Shown: piece after piece, positions 11,307 through 24,648 of the stretch
Position numbering within the stretch: the first letter of the stretch is position 1
Layout: each line of letters begins with the position of its first letter
NCBI GenBank assembly: GCA_951406725.2
Contig: OX597832.1
Span: forward strand, 68,696,001 to 68,760,000
Direction of reading: 5' to 3'
DNA length: 64,000 nt
Origin: Octopus vulgaris
Taxonomy: Eukaryota
Made by a program: the position numbers and the translations under genes
Notes under the pieces: generated by a model
Databases searched by the model: none
What the model saw: only the letters and a program-made list of their open reading frames with translations
What the model was told of the DNA's origin: nothing

Positions 11307-13855
11307 GATAAAGGATAACATTGAGGTTGAAATGATTTGTATGAAGGCAGCAAATGGCTGAGATGCAAGCTGGAGTTTGTATGTGAAGGCTGCAATTGGT
11401 TATATAAAAGATTGCAGTTAAATGAATGTCACAAATGGTTGAGTGAAGGTTGCAAATGACTGAGTGGGGTTTCAGTTCCATAAGTTAAGATTGGGGTTAT
11501 TAGAATGTATGTTGCTGCTGGTTGAGTAAATTATTGTTGTTGATTTTTAAATGTAGACTGCAGTATACTGAATGAAGGTCATATCTGAAAGAATGGAAGC
11601 TGAATTTCTTTGTTTGAACATTACAGCTGAAGAAACCGATGTCACATTTGGAGAAATAGAAAATATAGGTGACCATATTGAAGTCAGAATAAAAAAAAAC
11701 AGCAGTTACGTTTGACAGTGTGAAAGTCATAGCTGAAGAAATAAAAGTCACATTTGATCAAATTGAAATGATAGGTTAGCAAAGTATAGCCATAGCAGTC
11801 TGTAGATAACATTTAGCAAAATGCATGCTGCAGCTAACCAAGGATAGGCCACATTTGATCAAATGCAGTGTGTGGATATCGAAAGGGAGGTCTGAGAAAT
11901 CTGTAATTATGACAGCTGATTTTGTGCAACTCGCAGCTGATGAAAATTTGCTGCTCTATGCAAATATAATAATCAACAGATACATATATTAATCATAAAT
12001 GTTTTCTAAATTAGATAACTAACCTGAATTCATTTTAATGAATGGGAATCCCATTGAGATTCTAGTTAAGACCATTGTATGTTTCTTGTATGTGACCAAA
12101 TTGGAGCCAGAGTGATTTGTAGCTGCTTTAGATGACCATGGGAAGATCAGGGCTGATCAAATAAAAGTTGAAGCTATTTTGGAGGATTATTTCAGTTCCT
12201 TAGTTGAAGATTGTGAAGGACCATTCTAAAACAGCACTAGAGTGGAAAGAGCTAATGGCTAACCTCATATCACTGACATTTTTTTTGTGGCTTAGCATAG
12301 ATTACTTAGCAATTAACAAGGAGCCATAAGCCCTCCTTACACAGCCCAACGTATCACCTCTTCAACTCTATATCTTCTTTCTCAATGCTGTCAATAATTC
12401 CTCTTCCTCGTTCCCCACCACTCTTCTCCCATCCTCCTCTTTTAGTTACCATTCTTCATCCTTCCACTTGGGACCATTGCAGACCCTCACTTCCTTTCTC
12501 ATTTGGTTAGGGAGGCCACTTTAGAGTGTTAGGCCTTGTAAATTATGAGGCTAACATTACAAGTATTGGTGTCATGAGAAAATTCTTTGAGTACACTGTG
12601 TAAGGCAGATGGGGTCAGGGAGGGCATCCAGCCATAGAAACCAGGGTCAAGTAGGTAGAGTGCATCCCCTTGTCAGACCTTGCCAAAGTGTGCAACCTGT
12701 GCCAGCATGGAAACCAGATATTAAATGATGATGACGATGATGATGATGATATACAGTACACTGCATAATAACAAAGGCTGCTGTATAGCATGCAATGGTA
12801 ATGCATTGGACAAAAGAACACAAGTTTACAAATATTGGCTGCGTCAGATGATATATAAAGCAGACAACAACAGTGCTGCTTGTGTGGATATGTCCTGTCA
12901 ATAGAAATGAGGCATGAACAACTGATGCAGGGGAAGGAGGGGGAACAGTATCAAATGGCATGGTGTTTGTGGCTGAGAAAGACAAAGGAATAAGATGTAA
13001 AATAAAGTGATGGTGGAAAAAAAGCTATCAGGCTCTGCTACATGTAGAAGTTGTGGAGACAAAAGTCTGAGAGAGAGAAATGGCAAAATATAAAGTATGG
13101 CACAACTAGCCAACATCAATAAAACCTGTCAATCATTGTTGATGATGATGATGCTGGTGGAGATGATGATGAGGTGGTTAGTTAATAGGATGATGATAGT
13201 GATGATGATGATGATGTTGCAGTTGCTGCTACTGATGTCCATGCAACCAATGCTGATGCTTCAGGTGCCACCGCAGCTGAAAGCAACAGACATAAAGAGG
13301 TGACTGAGTGTATAAGCATCAGCAGTAGAGAAATTTTACATGGATGATGTATCTCTCTCTCTCTCTCTCTCTATCTCTATCTTATTTACTTATTTATTTA
13401 CTTGTTTCAATCAATAGAATGTGGCCATGCTATATAATATATATATATATATATATAAAATGATTAAGGTGGCTAGATGCTATGCGAGTTCAAAAAGGAA
13501 ATAATTCATCATCATTAAAAAGTGGCCAAGGGTGCATGGAGCACCAACATTGCTAGGAATAAGAGCCAATGACACTTTAGCCACAAAAGCACAGTACTAT
13601 GTACTGACAAGTGAGACAGCCTCTCCACAGAAAGTGAGGGCATTAGACTGGCATGCCAATTTCACATGAAAATTTATGCTCATTAGTAATGCTTATTCCA
13701 TTGAGGGCAGTGAAACTGAAATTTCACTTGTTGATGTTTATAGAATTTACTCTAGGAATCAGTGGTTGATTCCGCAAAATAGTAATGTGAAGATTATAAA
13801 GTGATTAAGGTGGCTAGATGCAATTTTAGGCCAAACAGGAAATAATCCACCATCA

Positions 13856-13956
<101 letters not shown>

Positions 13957-14069
13957 ATATGTATGTATATGTATACATAGGAAGAGTTTATGAAGAAAAG
14001 AAAAGACGAAGACAAGTGGTGTACAAAACAAACAGATGTATTAGTATAACCCTCAGGAATAGAAAAAGT

Positions 14070-14105
14070 CTTTTATGTTTCAAGCCTACGCTCTTCTACA
14101 GAAAG
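14070..14105 (-). ncRNA. Degenerate hammerhead-like motif in a PLE-like tail (~13980-14380)
   Basis: Minus strand reads cttt CTGTAGA a gagc-gtag-gctt GAAA ca TA aaag. Helices I and II pair, but the core is non-canonical. Confidence 0.45.
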
Positions 14106-15231
14106 GGACACAGTAAAAAACAAGGAGAGAAACAAGGAGAGAAAAAAATGTGTGTAGTGGCTAATCATCTATCATGGCGACTGACTGCCGGACAGAAGGG
14201 TCACACAAGAGAGCGAAGAAGTAGGGGAGATAACAAAGTAAAGATATGTATATATAAATATATGGTAAAAAAAAGAATCTTGTTGAAGAGATTTTCCCAC
14301 GTGATGAGTTGTAGTGAAAATACATTTATACACACAAATCATTGTCAGCAGTATTACAGATCCATTTCAGACAAACTTGCCAATTAGTTTCACATTGGCT
14401 ATTTGGTAACTGGATATTAGATGATAGATCAGTCAATTAACATCACATGCTCTTCAGTGATGGCAGGTATGAGAAAACATGGCTCTGAAAACAATATGGT
14501 GTTACTTAACCCTACTGTTATCTACATCCAGTTATGTAATATCCATACAGAAACCTGGTGCAGCTTCCCAGCTGTTCTCAAACAGACAAACCCATACCAA
14601 CATGGGAAAATGGATGATGAAGGATGATGATGGTGGTGATGATGGTGATGATGATAAAACCAATTGGTAAGTTTGACTGAAATGCATCTATAATACTGTA
14701 CACTTTGATTAATATCCCACTCTATTGACATATTTTTCTGACTTGTTGATTTCTTTTCAGACTATATATGAGTGCGTGTGTGTGTGAGTGTGTGTGTGTG
14801 TGAGTGAGTGTGCATACACACTAATAAATGTATAATCATACACACACATATATATTCATGTATGTATGTATGTAGGTATGTATGGCTGCATGCATGTGTT
14901 AACACTTGTTGAGCAGAGCAGTATTTTAAACTTCAGACAGTCTCCAACAGCTCAGATGCTGAGTGTGTTAAGATGTCTCTCCAACATTTACAGCAACAAT
15001 TCTTTCATTCTGGTTATCTCATTTACTTTTACTCAGTTCCATATTATTTATTGAAATTCTATTTTTAATCTATACATTCTTTAATATGTACATTTGTGTG
15101 TACATATGCATGCATATATATATGTATATCTGAATAAATATGTATATTTATGTATTTATGTGTGTGTGTGTGTGTGTGTAATTTTACATGTATGTATACA
15201 TATATACATATACATACATGTATGTATATAT

Positions 15232-15263
<32 letters not shown>

Positions 15264-15797
15264 CATACATGTACGTATATGTATATATGTATACATACAT
15301 GTATGTATGCATATAAACATTTTCAATTGTACTTCTTAATACACCATTCTTTTCTGTTATTCTGAATGTTATGTTGTGCCATTTTTTCGTGAGAGCCATT
15401 TTCTGATATTTTTTGCTTGCTTTTTGTTACATTAATTTCTTCATATCGGATATAAATAAATAAATGAATAAATAAATACACTATTGAACAACGTTTTATG
15501 AAATTAAAATAAAATTTTTACTTCATTTCAAAGGTGTTTTTTTTAGTGAAGTAGATTTATGTTGCCATTCTTCATTGCACTTGTTCACCTCTCTTGTAGA
15601 ATAGTCATGCAATACAGAGACAAACCCACACACAAACATATAAATATACATATAATATATATCCTTATATACAGACTCACATATGTATGTACATATATTT
15701 TTATGTAATATATACACACAAATCTATGCATATAAACATGTTCATATGAATACACGTATATATACATATATACAATTCATTATGCACAAGCACACAC

Positions 15798-15828
<31 letters not shown>

Positions 15829-16750
15829 TATACACACACCCACAAACTTATATAATAAGTGAGGGTGTATTTGTAAATTATTACAGTATCTTGTAATCAT
15901 TGTCTTATATATATATATCAATATCTCTCCCTCTCTGTACACACGTATGTGTGTGTGTGTGTGTGTGTGCAGGTTTGTTTATACATACACACATGTGTGT
16001 GTGTGAGTGAGAGAGTGTCTATAATGAAAAATCAAAATGAAACTTGGCTATGTATACATGTATATAGAAAAATCTACGGTATACATAGATACAAACATAT
16101 GAATGTAATTTTATGAATATGGCTATGTTTGTATACGTATATCCATACATACACACACACGCCTGTGTGTATAGATATATATGATAATTTCCAAATACAC
16201 ACATGCCCATACGCATTCAAACTTTCATACTTACACTCATAAAAGCCTCACACACATTTACATACCTATGTGTATATATGTCGTAAATTACCTGCAGACA
16301 TCTATAATCATATTTGTAGAAGCACAGTCATTATTTCCCACTGGCAAACAATGAATATTATTTCAGGTAGTTTCCATTTTTTATGAATAACATATCATTT
16401 CAGGAGCTCTTTACACACACACACACACACACACACACGTTCATGCATATGTACATTCATACTGAGTCACATGCAGTTACACTAGTATAAAAAAACCATG
16501 TTCACATGCACACACATACACACAATGACATCAACATATATACAGACACACACACAATCACACAAATATAAAAAAACAATGCACACACATGCACGCAAAC
16601 ATAAAATGACATCAGTGAAGCAAATAAACACACATATGAAGCACACACACACATATATATATACATACACAACCAGCTGAGCAAACATACATACAGAGAT
16701 AGTGAGACAGGCACAACCATACAAATGGAGAAACATACACACATATGCAT

Positions 16751-16975
16751 ACACAAAGAACACACTAAGAAATGAATTACAGCCAAATACACACACACAC
16801 ATAAGCAAATAGACACACACACAGATACACACACATACATACACAAAGAACACACTAAGAAATGAATTACAGCCGAATACACACACACACATAAGCATAT
16901 AGACACACACACAGATACACACACATACATACACAAAGAACACACTAAGAAATGAATTACAGCCAAATACACATA
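16751..16975. repeat. 90-bp tandem repeat (2.5 copies)
   Basis: acacaaagaacacactaagaaatgaattacagcc at 16751, 16841 and 16931. Confidence 0.9.
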
Positions 16976-17357
16976 CACACACAAAGTCACACTCTTGTAT
17001 AAACACACACACACACACATAAGCATATAGACAAACACAGATACACACATACACATACATGCACAAGCTTGTATAAACACACACACACAAATTCACGGAC
17101 ACACACACACACACACACACGCACAAGCACACAGACACACGCATAGATACACAGACACACACAATCACACACAGAGATGAATACATGGACGTACAGGTAG
17201 ACTCACACAGACACACACACAGATACATGGACCCACACAAACACAGATAAATACATGAACAGACAAGCACACATACACATGCACACACATATAAAACAAA
17301 CATTTATATATAAAACAATATATAAAACAAACAGCTATATTTTCAAAAATTTCAAAA

Positions 17358-17700
17358 CAGTCCTGGCTGTGTGGTTAAGAAGTTGGCTTTGCAACCACAG
17401 GTTTCCAGGTTCAGTTCCACTGCATGATACCTTGAGCAAGTGTCTGCTACTACATCCCCAGGCCAACAAGTCTTGTGAGTGAATCTGGCAGATAGAAACT
17501 GTACGGAAGCTCATCATATATGTGTGTGTGTCCACCCCATTACTTCACAACAGGTGTTGGTTTGCTTATGTCCCTGTAACTTAGCAGTTCAACAAATGAT
17601 TCAGATTGAATAGGAAACAGACACAAAATACAACTTATTCAACTAAACCCTTACAAGGTTTTGCCCCAGCATGGCCACAATGACTGGAATAAGATAAAAA
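17358..17700 (+). mobile_element. CORE-type SINE copy
   Basis: Same head and tail as 25649-26046. Other copies at ~6639-6810, 23268-23660, 50640-50790, 55690-55860 and 63150-63250. Confidence 0.75.
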
Positions 17701-18489
17701 ACAACATACACCCATTGCAATCAAAATCAATTAAAAATACTATCAACTTTGACATTTCAGAATTTTATTTCCCTAATTTTGGCAAATTCTTTCTTCCACT
17801 GATTTTGCCTTTTTCTCTTTTTTTTCCGTTGGTTCTCGGTTGTATTGTAAATCTTGTCTTTATTTTTTCTTAACACATTTTATTTATTCAATTACATTTT
17901 GAATTTGTGTGTCTCTCTATTTGAGATATGTGATATATCTTTTGAAACTGTGTCTATTGCAAAAGTAATTATTCACTTTTCCCCACTGTCAAACAATACC
18001 TTCGTTCGTAAATTTCATTTGTTATTTTAACTTTCAAAAATACTTTTTTCCTTTCTTTTCTTCTTCCTCTTTTTTCTTCTTCCCTTTCTTCCTGTCTCTC
18101 TTCTTCACTTTCCTCATCATGTCTTTCTCCAATGTTGCCTTTTTGTTTTTCCTATCTCTGAATATATATATAACTTTAGTTTCTCTGTTAAAGAATATTT
18201 TTTCTCCACATGAAATTATGTACAAATAAATCTTCACATTTACTTTCTCTAGAACAGAGAAGTATTTCATGGCCAAATTCAAGACTTTAGATTCCATCCC
18301 CAAGTAGTAGGTAGACTTGACTTAACATCAAAGATTTACCACATACAAGACTCCTATAAGGCAATACACACACACACACGCACACACATTATAACACACA
18401 CATGCATCTTGTTTGTTTGATGCAGGTGGCATGTAAAAGCACCTAGCATGGAAAGTGGACATGAAACAATGATGATGTATATATATATA

Positions 18490-19480
18490 CTAGCATTATG
18501 ACCCATCACTGCCGGGTCATAGTGCTAGTGCATGTATATATGTGTATATATATGTGTACATATTACATGTACATCTATATATATACATCTACACATAAAA
18601 TACAAAATACAAAGTTATATCTTCATATCACTAGTGATAACAATACTCAAAATATATAAGAGGCTGGAATTGCAATTTTGATCAATTGTATCTTGTCCTC
18701 CCTCTTGTATAGAAGTGTGGCTACAATCCAGCCTACCTCCACTGCTGGGGGGGAGGCATTTATAATTTTTATCCGGGACGTTCTACGTCCCAGATATAAA
18801 GGTAAAAATAAAATATTTCCACTTTGCAAGTTCCAGTCGAGTACTCCTTTGCACGCTCCGTTGACTCGAACCTTGCTTCTATTGTAGCAAATTTACCGCC
18901 TCTGTTTAGATATCTTTCATAGTCGCACCAAGACACTTTTCAATGGTGCTTTCTTCCAGGTGTTCAAATCTTTTTTCTCTACATTGTATACTTTATAGAC
19001 AATAGTCTTTTCTTTAATTTAATTTTTTATTATCCATCTGGACTATTCCATTTCTGCACGCTAATTTTATTTTTAATTTATTCCCATTCATGTGAAACCA
19101 CTTATTCAAGTTCAAGTCATTGATGCAATTTTATACCAATTGCTATTTTTACTTTTGTTATGTTACGATTATATTATACTTTAGTTTCATTTTAATTATT
19201 ACTTACTACATATAATTCAATTGTTATTATTATTTAAAATAGAGAAATGTTTTTGTTTCACTTTTAAAACGTAATACTGAAATAGTGGAGAAGATATGAT
19301 ATTGGTATGGGCTCGCTCTAGGCAAGAAGTTGAACATTTTTTTTTGCCCATGAAACTACATGGACCCTAAGTAAGGCATATGTAAAATTTGAATGAAATT
19401 GGTTGTGTAGTTCTCAAGTTTTAGGGAAACACACAGACAGACAGACAGACACACATTCTCAGTTTTATATATTTAGAGAT
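18490..19480 (+). mobile_element. Helentron-associated (HINE/DINE-1-like) non-autonomous element
   Basis: Terminal hairpin ctagcattatgaccc...gggtcatagtgctag at one end. The other end has tgtaaaatttgaatgaaattggttg...(acag)n...ttttatatatttagagat. Confidence 0.6.
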
Positions 19481-19743
19481 ATACATAAATGTTGAACATT
19501 GAGAATGAGTGAGCCACACCGCATTGGTGGATAAAATTTCTTTATTAAGGCTGCCATTAGTTTCATGTTAAGAAAAATATCTTAATATCTGAACAATTTT
19601 CAAGCTGGTCACTCAGAAGAATGGTGCTTGTCTCATTTCAGACAAGAGACTAGTACAGCTTACTAGTCAAAGCATCTAACCAATGCCAGCATGGAAAGCA
19701 GTCGCAAAATTATGATGATGATGATATATGTATATATATGTAT

Positions 19744-19980
19744 GTATGTATTAAAAATGGGGAAGACCAATTTATGAGATTACTATAAGTTTCCTTTCCC
19801 ATCAATAAAGGGTTTAGCTTTATGGCGTATCTCAAAAACCTGTTAGCCCATGACATTTTTTAAGAAGTCACGGGCCAACAAGTTCTTGGGATCTGACGAT
19901 ATGCCATAAAGCTAAATCCTTAATGGACAGGAAACCTAAGGTGCACCCATAAATCAGCCTTCCCCATTTTTAATATATAC
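19744..19980. repeat. Imperfect palindrome (~110-bp arms) containing hammerhead-like motifs
   Basis: Example pairings: tattaaaaatggggaag with cttccccatttttaata, and tttagctttatggc with gccataaagctaaa. Confidence 0.9.
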
Positions 19981-20059
19981 TGCTTCTTCTTTCGGATTTA
20001 TTTTGTTCTCTACAAACGATACATACATATATTAATACACACACACACACACACACACA

Positions 20060-20104
<45 letters not shown>

Positions 20105-20419
20105 TATTTTTTATAAGCTTAAAGCTTATAGTGATCACCATGCAAATGACTAAGGAAAATAGTCTAATAAACAGGCAAATAAGCCCTCGACAGAAAAAAT
20201 GCAGGCTTTCCCATACATGTGTGATGAATCTGCCTGCTTTTTTCTGTCTAATTTACATGCCTACATTTTTCTGTCAAGGGCCATTATTTCCCTTAGTCAT
20301 TTGCATGCTGATCGCTCTAATCTTATCAAAGCATACCATTATTATTATTTACAGAATTTAAAAACTTGACAGCACTTAACAAAGCCATTCACACCGAAAC
20401 ATACATACATACATACATA

Positions 20420-20488
<69 letters not shown>

Positions 20489-20517
20489 TTTATTTTAAGC
20501 AGCAGAAAATTCAACAA

Positions 20518-20560
20518 AATCTGTTACTCTGAGTTTCTCGTTGCCGTTCATCAGACAGTT
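20518..20560 (-). ncRNA. Minimal type I hammerhead ribozyme (intact core)
   Basis: Minus strand reads aactgt CTGATGA a-cg-gcaa-cg-a GAAA ctcagag TA acagatt. Helix I is ctgt/acag, helix II has a GCAA loop, helix III is near-palindromic (ACUC-A-GAGU), and the cleavage triplet is GUA. Confidence 0.85.
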
Positions 20561-21659
20561 TTTGCTAGAATGGAACTGATATATCAATTCAATCTATACT
20601 CTTACAAACGCTACACCTTTAAAAAGAAATGGACTTGTTTGATTGGCTCTTTAGAAAAAATGGTCAATCTTCGAGCGATAAACAAAAAGGTCAAAGATAT
20701 ATGTATATATATATAAAAACTTATAAAAATTATATATAAAAAACTTATAAAAATTATAAAATCCGAGGAAAAAACCATTGACGTTAATGAAGACAGTGCA
20801 AATTAATGCATAGAAATTAAACCTGTTATAAATACTGCAATACATATTTATATTAAAATCTACATATATATATCAACATACACAAAAGGATGCGCGTAAA
20901 CGCCATACATACATATACAGACGTATGAATATAAATTTAAATATACACATAAAAGCATGTGTACATATATTCACGCAAACCGTCTCGCACGCAAGCTAAA
21001 ATTCATCTATGTAGCAATCCTCATATACTGGGCAAGGAGGGGGAACGAAAGAAAGGGAGAGAGAGAAAAAAAGGAACGAAGGAGGGGTGGGGAAAAAAAC
21101 GAAATAAGAAAAAAATTTATGTATACAGGCAGTGTAACGCTGTTATTGGCATCTATAGAGACCAGTATACATACACAAGTTTGAATGGATACATATACAT
21201 ACCGTCGTGTATATGTGTGCTTAAGCACAAACATACTTTCACTTACACATACACAGATACGCATGCTTACAAATACATATGCTTTGCTATACACATACTT
21301 ATATAAACATTATAATTTTGACAACATTGCTTTTTTTAAAAAACATTGCTTTTAAAAAATGGGTGCATTAATAAAAATATATACGAAAGACATATAAAAT
21401 AAAATATAACATCCTATTTTGGGTCATTTATAAATAATCAAGGTAATATAAATAATCAAGGTAATCCTATGCAATACAATAACATGAAAACAAAGTTTGT
21501 GGGTTTTTCCTAATATATATGTAGAAACATAAGACTTTGCTATACGGATTAAGATTCGCATAGTTTGGAAACAAAACAAAAACAAAAACAAAATCAAAAT
21601 CAAAATCCATCGTAGTGCTCAAGAGTCAAAATCAAAATAAAAAATACAAAATATATACT

Positions 21660-22805
21660 CTATCCATATGGTATATTTATATTCAACATTTTAAATTTAG
21701 CCGCGTGCCTACATAAGTTCATTAACTCACTTCTTTGATTCAAAGAATTATTGTCTTTGCATAAGATGTACATTTTCTCTAATAGACAAAGTCTGCACTT
21801 GAAATTATTTTTGTAAGCTCCATGCCTGTATGGTGCCGCCCTGTCCAGAATGCTCCATGTCACGTTGAAAGGTGGGGCTTCCTTTTCTTTTAGTTCCCAG
21901 ACATATTTTGCTAGGCTGGTTTTCTTCCTATTCTCTGGGTATTTAAATGAATTTTTATGAGAATAAAATCTTGTTTTAAATGAATTTTCTGAAGCCCCTG
22001 TGTATGTCTTGTATTCCGATGAGCCTTCCACTTGCACCTTGGCTCTATAAACTATTCCTTTCACTAGACATTTCCCTTCTAACGGACAGGAGCTTTTGTT
22101 TTTGAAATTACATTTCTTAATGGGCTCGGCACCATGTCTAATCTCAATTAGCTTCCTATTATGTTGGCTAATGTAAGAGGCGAAATTTCTGCAACAAGAA
22201 TAGCTAACCTTCAGGGTTCTTCTATTAAATATTCTGTAGAATTTATGACCCTGCTTAAAATGCTTAGAGATTAATCTCAAAAATTCCTTACCTATATTAG
22301 TCTTTACGGCCAAATTGAAAGCCGGGTTGAACCACAAAACTTTCCTGGTCCTAGTTCTTCGTGCAGCATTATTATCAGCATTAAGCTGGTTGAACTGGAT
22401 CTTCTCAGAGAATCCACTATTCTTTAATGCGCTATCGTAATAAGGTGCAGCATTATGGAATGCTGCCTCGTCCGAAGAAATTGAAGATATTCTTCTACCT
22501 ACATTGCTGACTAAGTTCCTAAGGATAACTGGTGGATGGTTCGAATCTTTGCTAATATACGATAGCTTTTCATTGGGCTTACGGAAAGGTTTAAATCTAT
22601 CCGATCTTACATTAAAATTTACGTCTAAAAAATCTACACTATTCAGGTTAGCATCTATCGTAACCCGTAAGCCCATCCTTTGAAAGAAAGCTATAAGGTC
22701 CTTCCTAAGTCTATCTGATTCATGGCCGTTTAGATTATGCGTGGCTATAAGGCCGTCATCCCTATATAAACCTGCATCTATAAATGGGAATTCTATTTTT
22801 AGATT
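21660..22805 (-). CDS. PLE reverse transcriptase (C-terminal part) plus GIY-YIG endonuclease, 5'-truncated
   Basis: The frame stays open upstream of the tracked ATG (22676) and contains GLYRDDGL. It continues with thumb motifs (SNHPP, WFNP, IFNR.TLKVSYSC), CPLEGKC, IVY...YTG, FKTR, CRLCL.EK and LN.RSE...CRH. Confidence 0.9.
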   Translation of the reverse strand, partial: NLKIEFPFIDAGLYRDDGLIATHNLNGHESDRLRKDLIAFFQRMGLRVTIDANLNSVDFLDVNFNVRSDRFKPFRKPNEKLSYISKDSNHPPVILRNLVSNVGRRISSISSDEAAFHNAAPYYDSALKNSGFSEKIQFNQLNADNNAARRTRTRKVLWFNPAFNLAVKTNIGKEFLRLISKHFKQGHKFYRIFNRRTLKVSYSCCRNFASYISQHNRKLIEIRHGAEPIKKCNFKNKSSCPLEGKCLVKGIVYRAKVQVEGSSEYKTYTGASENSFKTRFYSHKNSFKYPENRKKTSLAKYVWELKEKEAPPFNVTWSILDRAAPYRHGAYKNNFKCRLCLLEKMYILCKDNNSLNQRSELMNLCRHAAKFKMLNINIPYG

Positions 22806-23707
22806 ATATATATATATATATATATAAGAAAGATGACAAAGGAATAAATGATTATCTTATGAACTTCATTAGCCTACAGCTGTTTCTGCTCTAAGATGCA
22901 GTGAACTCATAGTTTAGCACCTGAATAATACCTTATAACTTCTTTGGAGCCTTGAATTTGAATTGCAATTTATTTGTGCTTATATAGAGGAACGGCATCA
23001 ACAATGAGAAAGGTCAATGAAGATGTATAATGTGTACTTCATATGTACTTGCTAAATTTGTTCTCCTGTTCTGCATCCATTTGCAAATGGCTGACTGAAC
23101 ACACAACAACATCAAGGTCACACGTGGGTGCACTCACTGCACCTATTACATTGCCCTCTATCGACTCCAGATCCAAATCCAAACAAATTAAAGTTTCCAA
23201 GTCAGATGAAGAATAAATAATATCAACAAATGTATATTACCCCCACCCCAACTCACACACACATAGACACAGGCATGGGTGTGTTGTAGAGAATTTGCTA
23301 CCCAACCACGTGGTCCCAGATTAAGTCACATTGTATGGCATCTTAGGTAAGAGTCTTCTCCTGTAGCCTCAACCTAGAACCTTGAGATTGGATTTCATTG
23401 ATGGAAACCGAAAGAAGCCCATCATGTATATATTTATATGTGCTTGCTGTGTGTCTGTGCTTGTCTCCCACCACTGCTTAACAACCAGTGTTGGTTTATT
23501 TATGGTTGCTGTAATTTAGCATTTTGGTGAAAGAATGATTACCAGGCTAAGAAAAAGTAGAAAATAAGCACTGAGGTTGATTTGTTTGACTAAAATTCTT
23601 CAAGGTAATGTGCTCCAGCATGGCAACAGTCTAGTGACTGAAATAAGTGAAAGACAAAATATACATAATTACATAAATACACACACACTCACACACACAC
23701 ACATATA

Positions 23708-24575
23708 CTAGCTAGTGTACCCAGTAATTCCCAGGGGTAAAGATATTCTATTGAAACACCTTATTACTCTGAAACAAGAAAACAATTTCGTTATAGCTCC
23801 CACAAAACGTGTATTTTCCATCATGAAAAAGTACAAAAACCTGTCAGCTGGAGGAGAGACAGATTGTTGGAGGTTGGTGAGAGAGGTTTTTGGAGGTTGT
23901 TGAGAAAGATTGTCAGAGGTTTGTGAGAGACAAAGACATTATTCTGCTTAGCAAAGGCATCTGGAAATGTATAACTGCTGTCATTCACAGTAAAACTATT
24001 GTTTTACTGTGAGAAAAGCGCTGTTGAAGTGTTAAGTGAAATTTGGCAATCAAGGATTGAATCCATGCTATGCCTGCATGAAGCCACTACAAATACGTTG
24101 TGGAATAAAAAATTTATCTACTCTCATGAAAAAAGTGTAACTGAAAAATGCAGAATTATTGGAGTAATGGGCATTCAAAAAAGTATGTATGAATGAAGTC
24201 TTTAAGGTTTAAGATTCAAATTAAGGAGGTGCAATAATAATGTTTAGCAGTTCAAAACTGTGAGTAGTGAAATGCAGAATTAGGTCGACTGATCATGAGA
24301 TTCAAATATTAATTGCTTTGCTAAAATCTGCAGGTGGTACTTGTTATTTCCCTTAGGTTGTTTAAATAAAATATTAGTAATATGTAGTAGATAGAAGGAT
24401 CCATTGGAAGGGCCCTATTATCGATTTTTTTCAACAATCTAAGTATGTCACGAGGTTTCTAGACAGGAATTCTACTCACATGCCAAGTTTCATCAAAATC
24501 AATAAAATTATTTAGGAGGAGTTAGCTAACAATGCCACAAACAAACACACACCGATTTTCCAAATATGCAGTATA
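23708..24575 (+). mobile_element. HINE/DINE-1-like element
   Basis: Starts actagct..taccc...ggggta and ends with catgccaagtttcatcaaaatc...(caaa)n. Confidence 0.5.
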
Positions 24576-24591
24576 TATGTATGTGTGTGTG

Positions 24592-24648
<57 letters not shown>

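Larger units (their letters stand above)
20488..22806 (-). mobile_element. 5'-truncated Penelope-like retroelement (Naiad-type) inserted in (TA)n
   Basis: RT C-terminus plus GIY-YIG ORF, a ~1.1 kb AT-rich 3' UTR and a hammerhead at the 3' end. Both flanks are (TA)n. Confidence 0.88.

Noticed and set aside
16751-16975. Repeat-spacer look suggesting CRISPR
   Set aside because: The spacers are near-identical CA-rich sequence in a eukaryotic context with no cas genes. It is a plain tandem repeat.
18034-18303. Lys/Glu-rich ORF
   Set aside because: It derives from a polypyrimidine low-complexity tract, with no recognisable domain or splice support.
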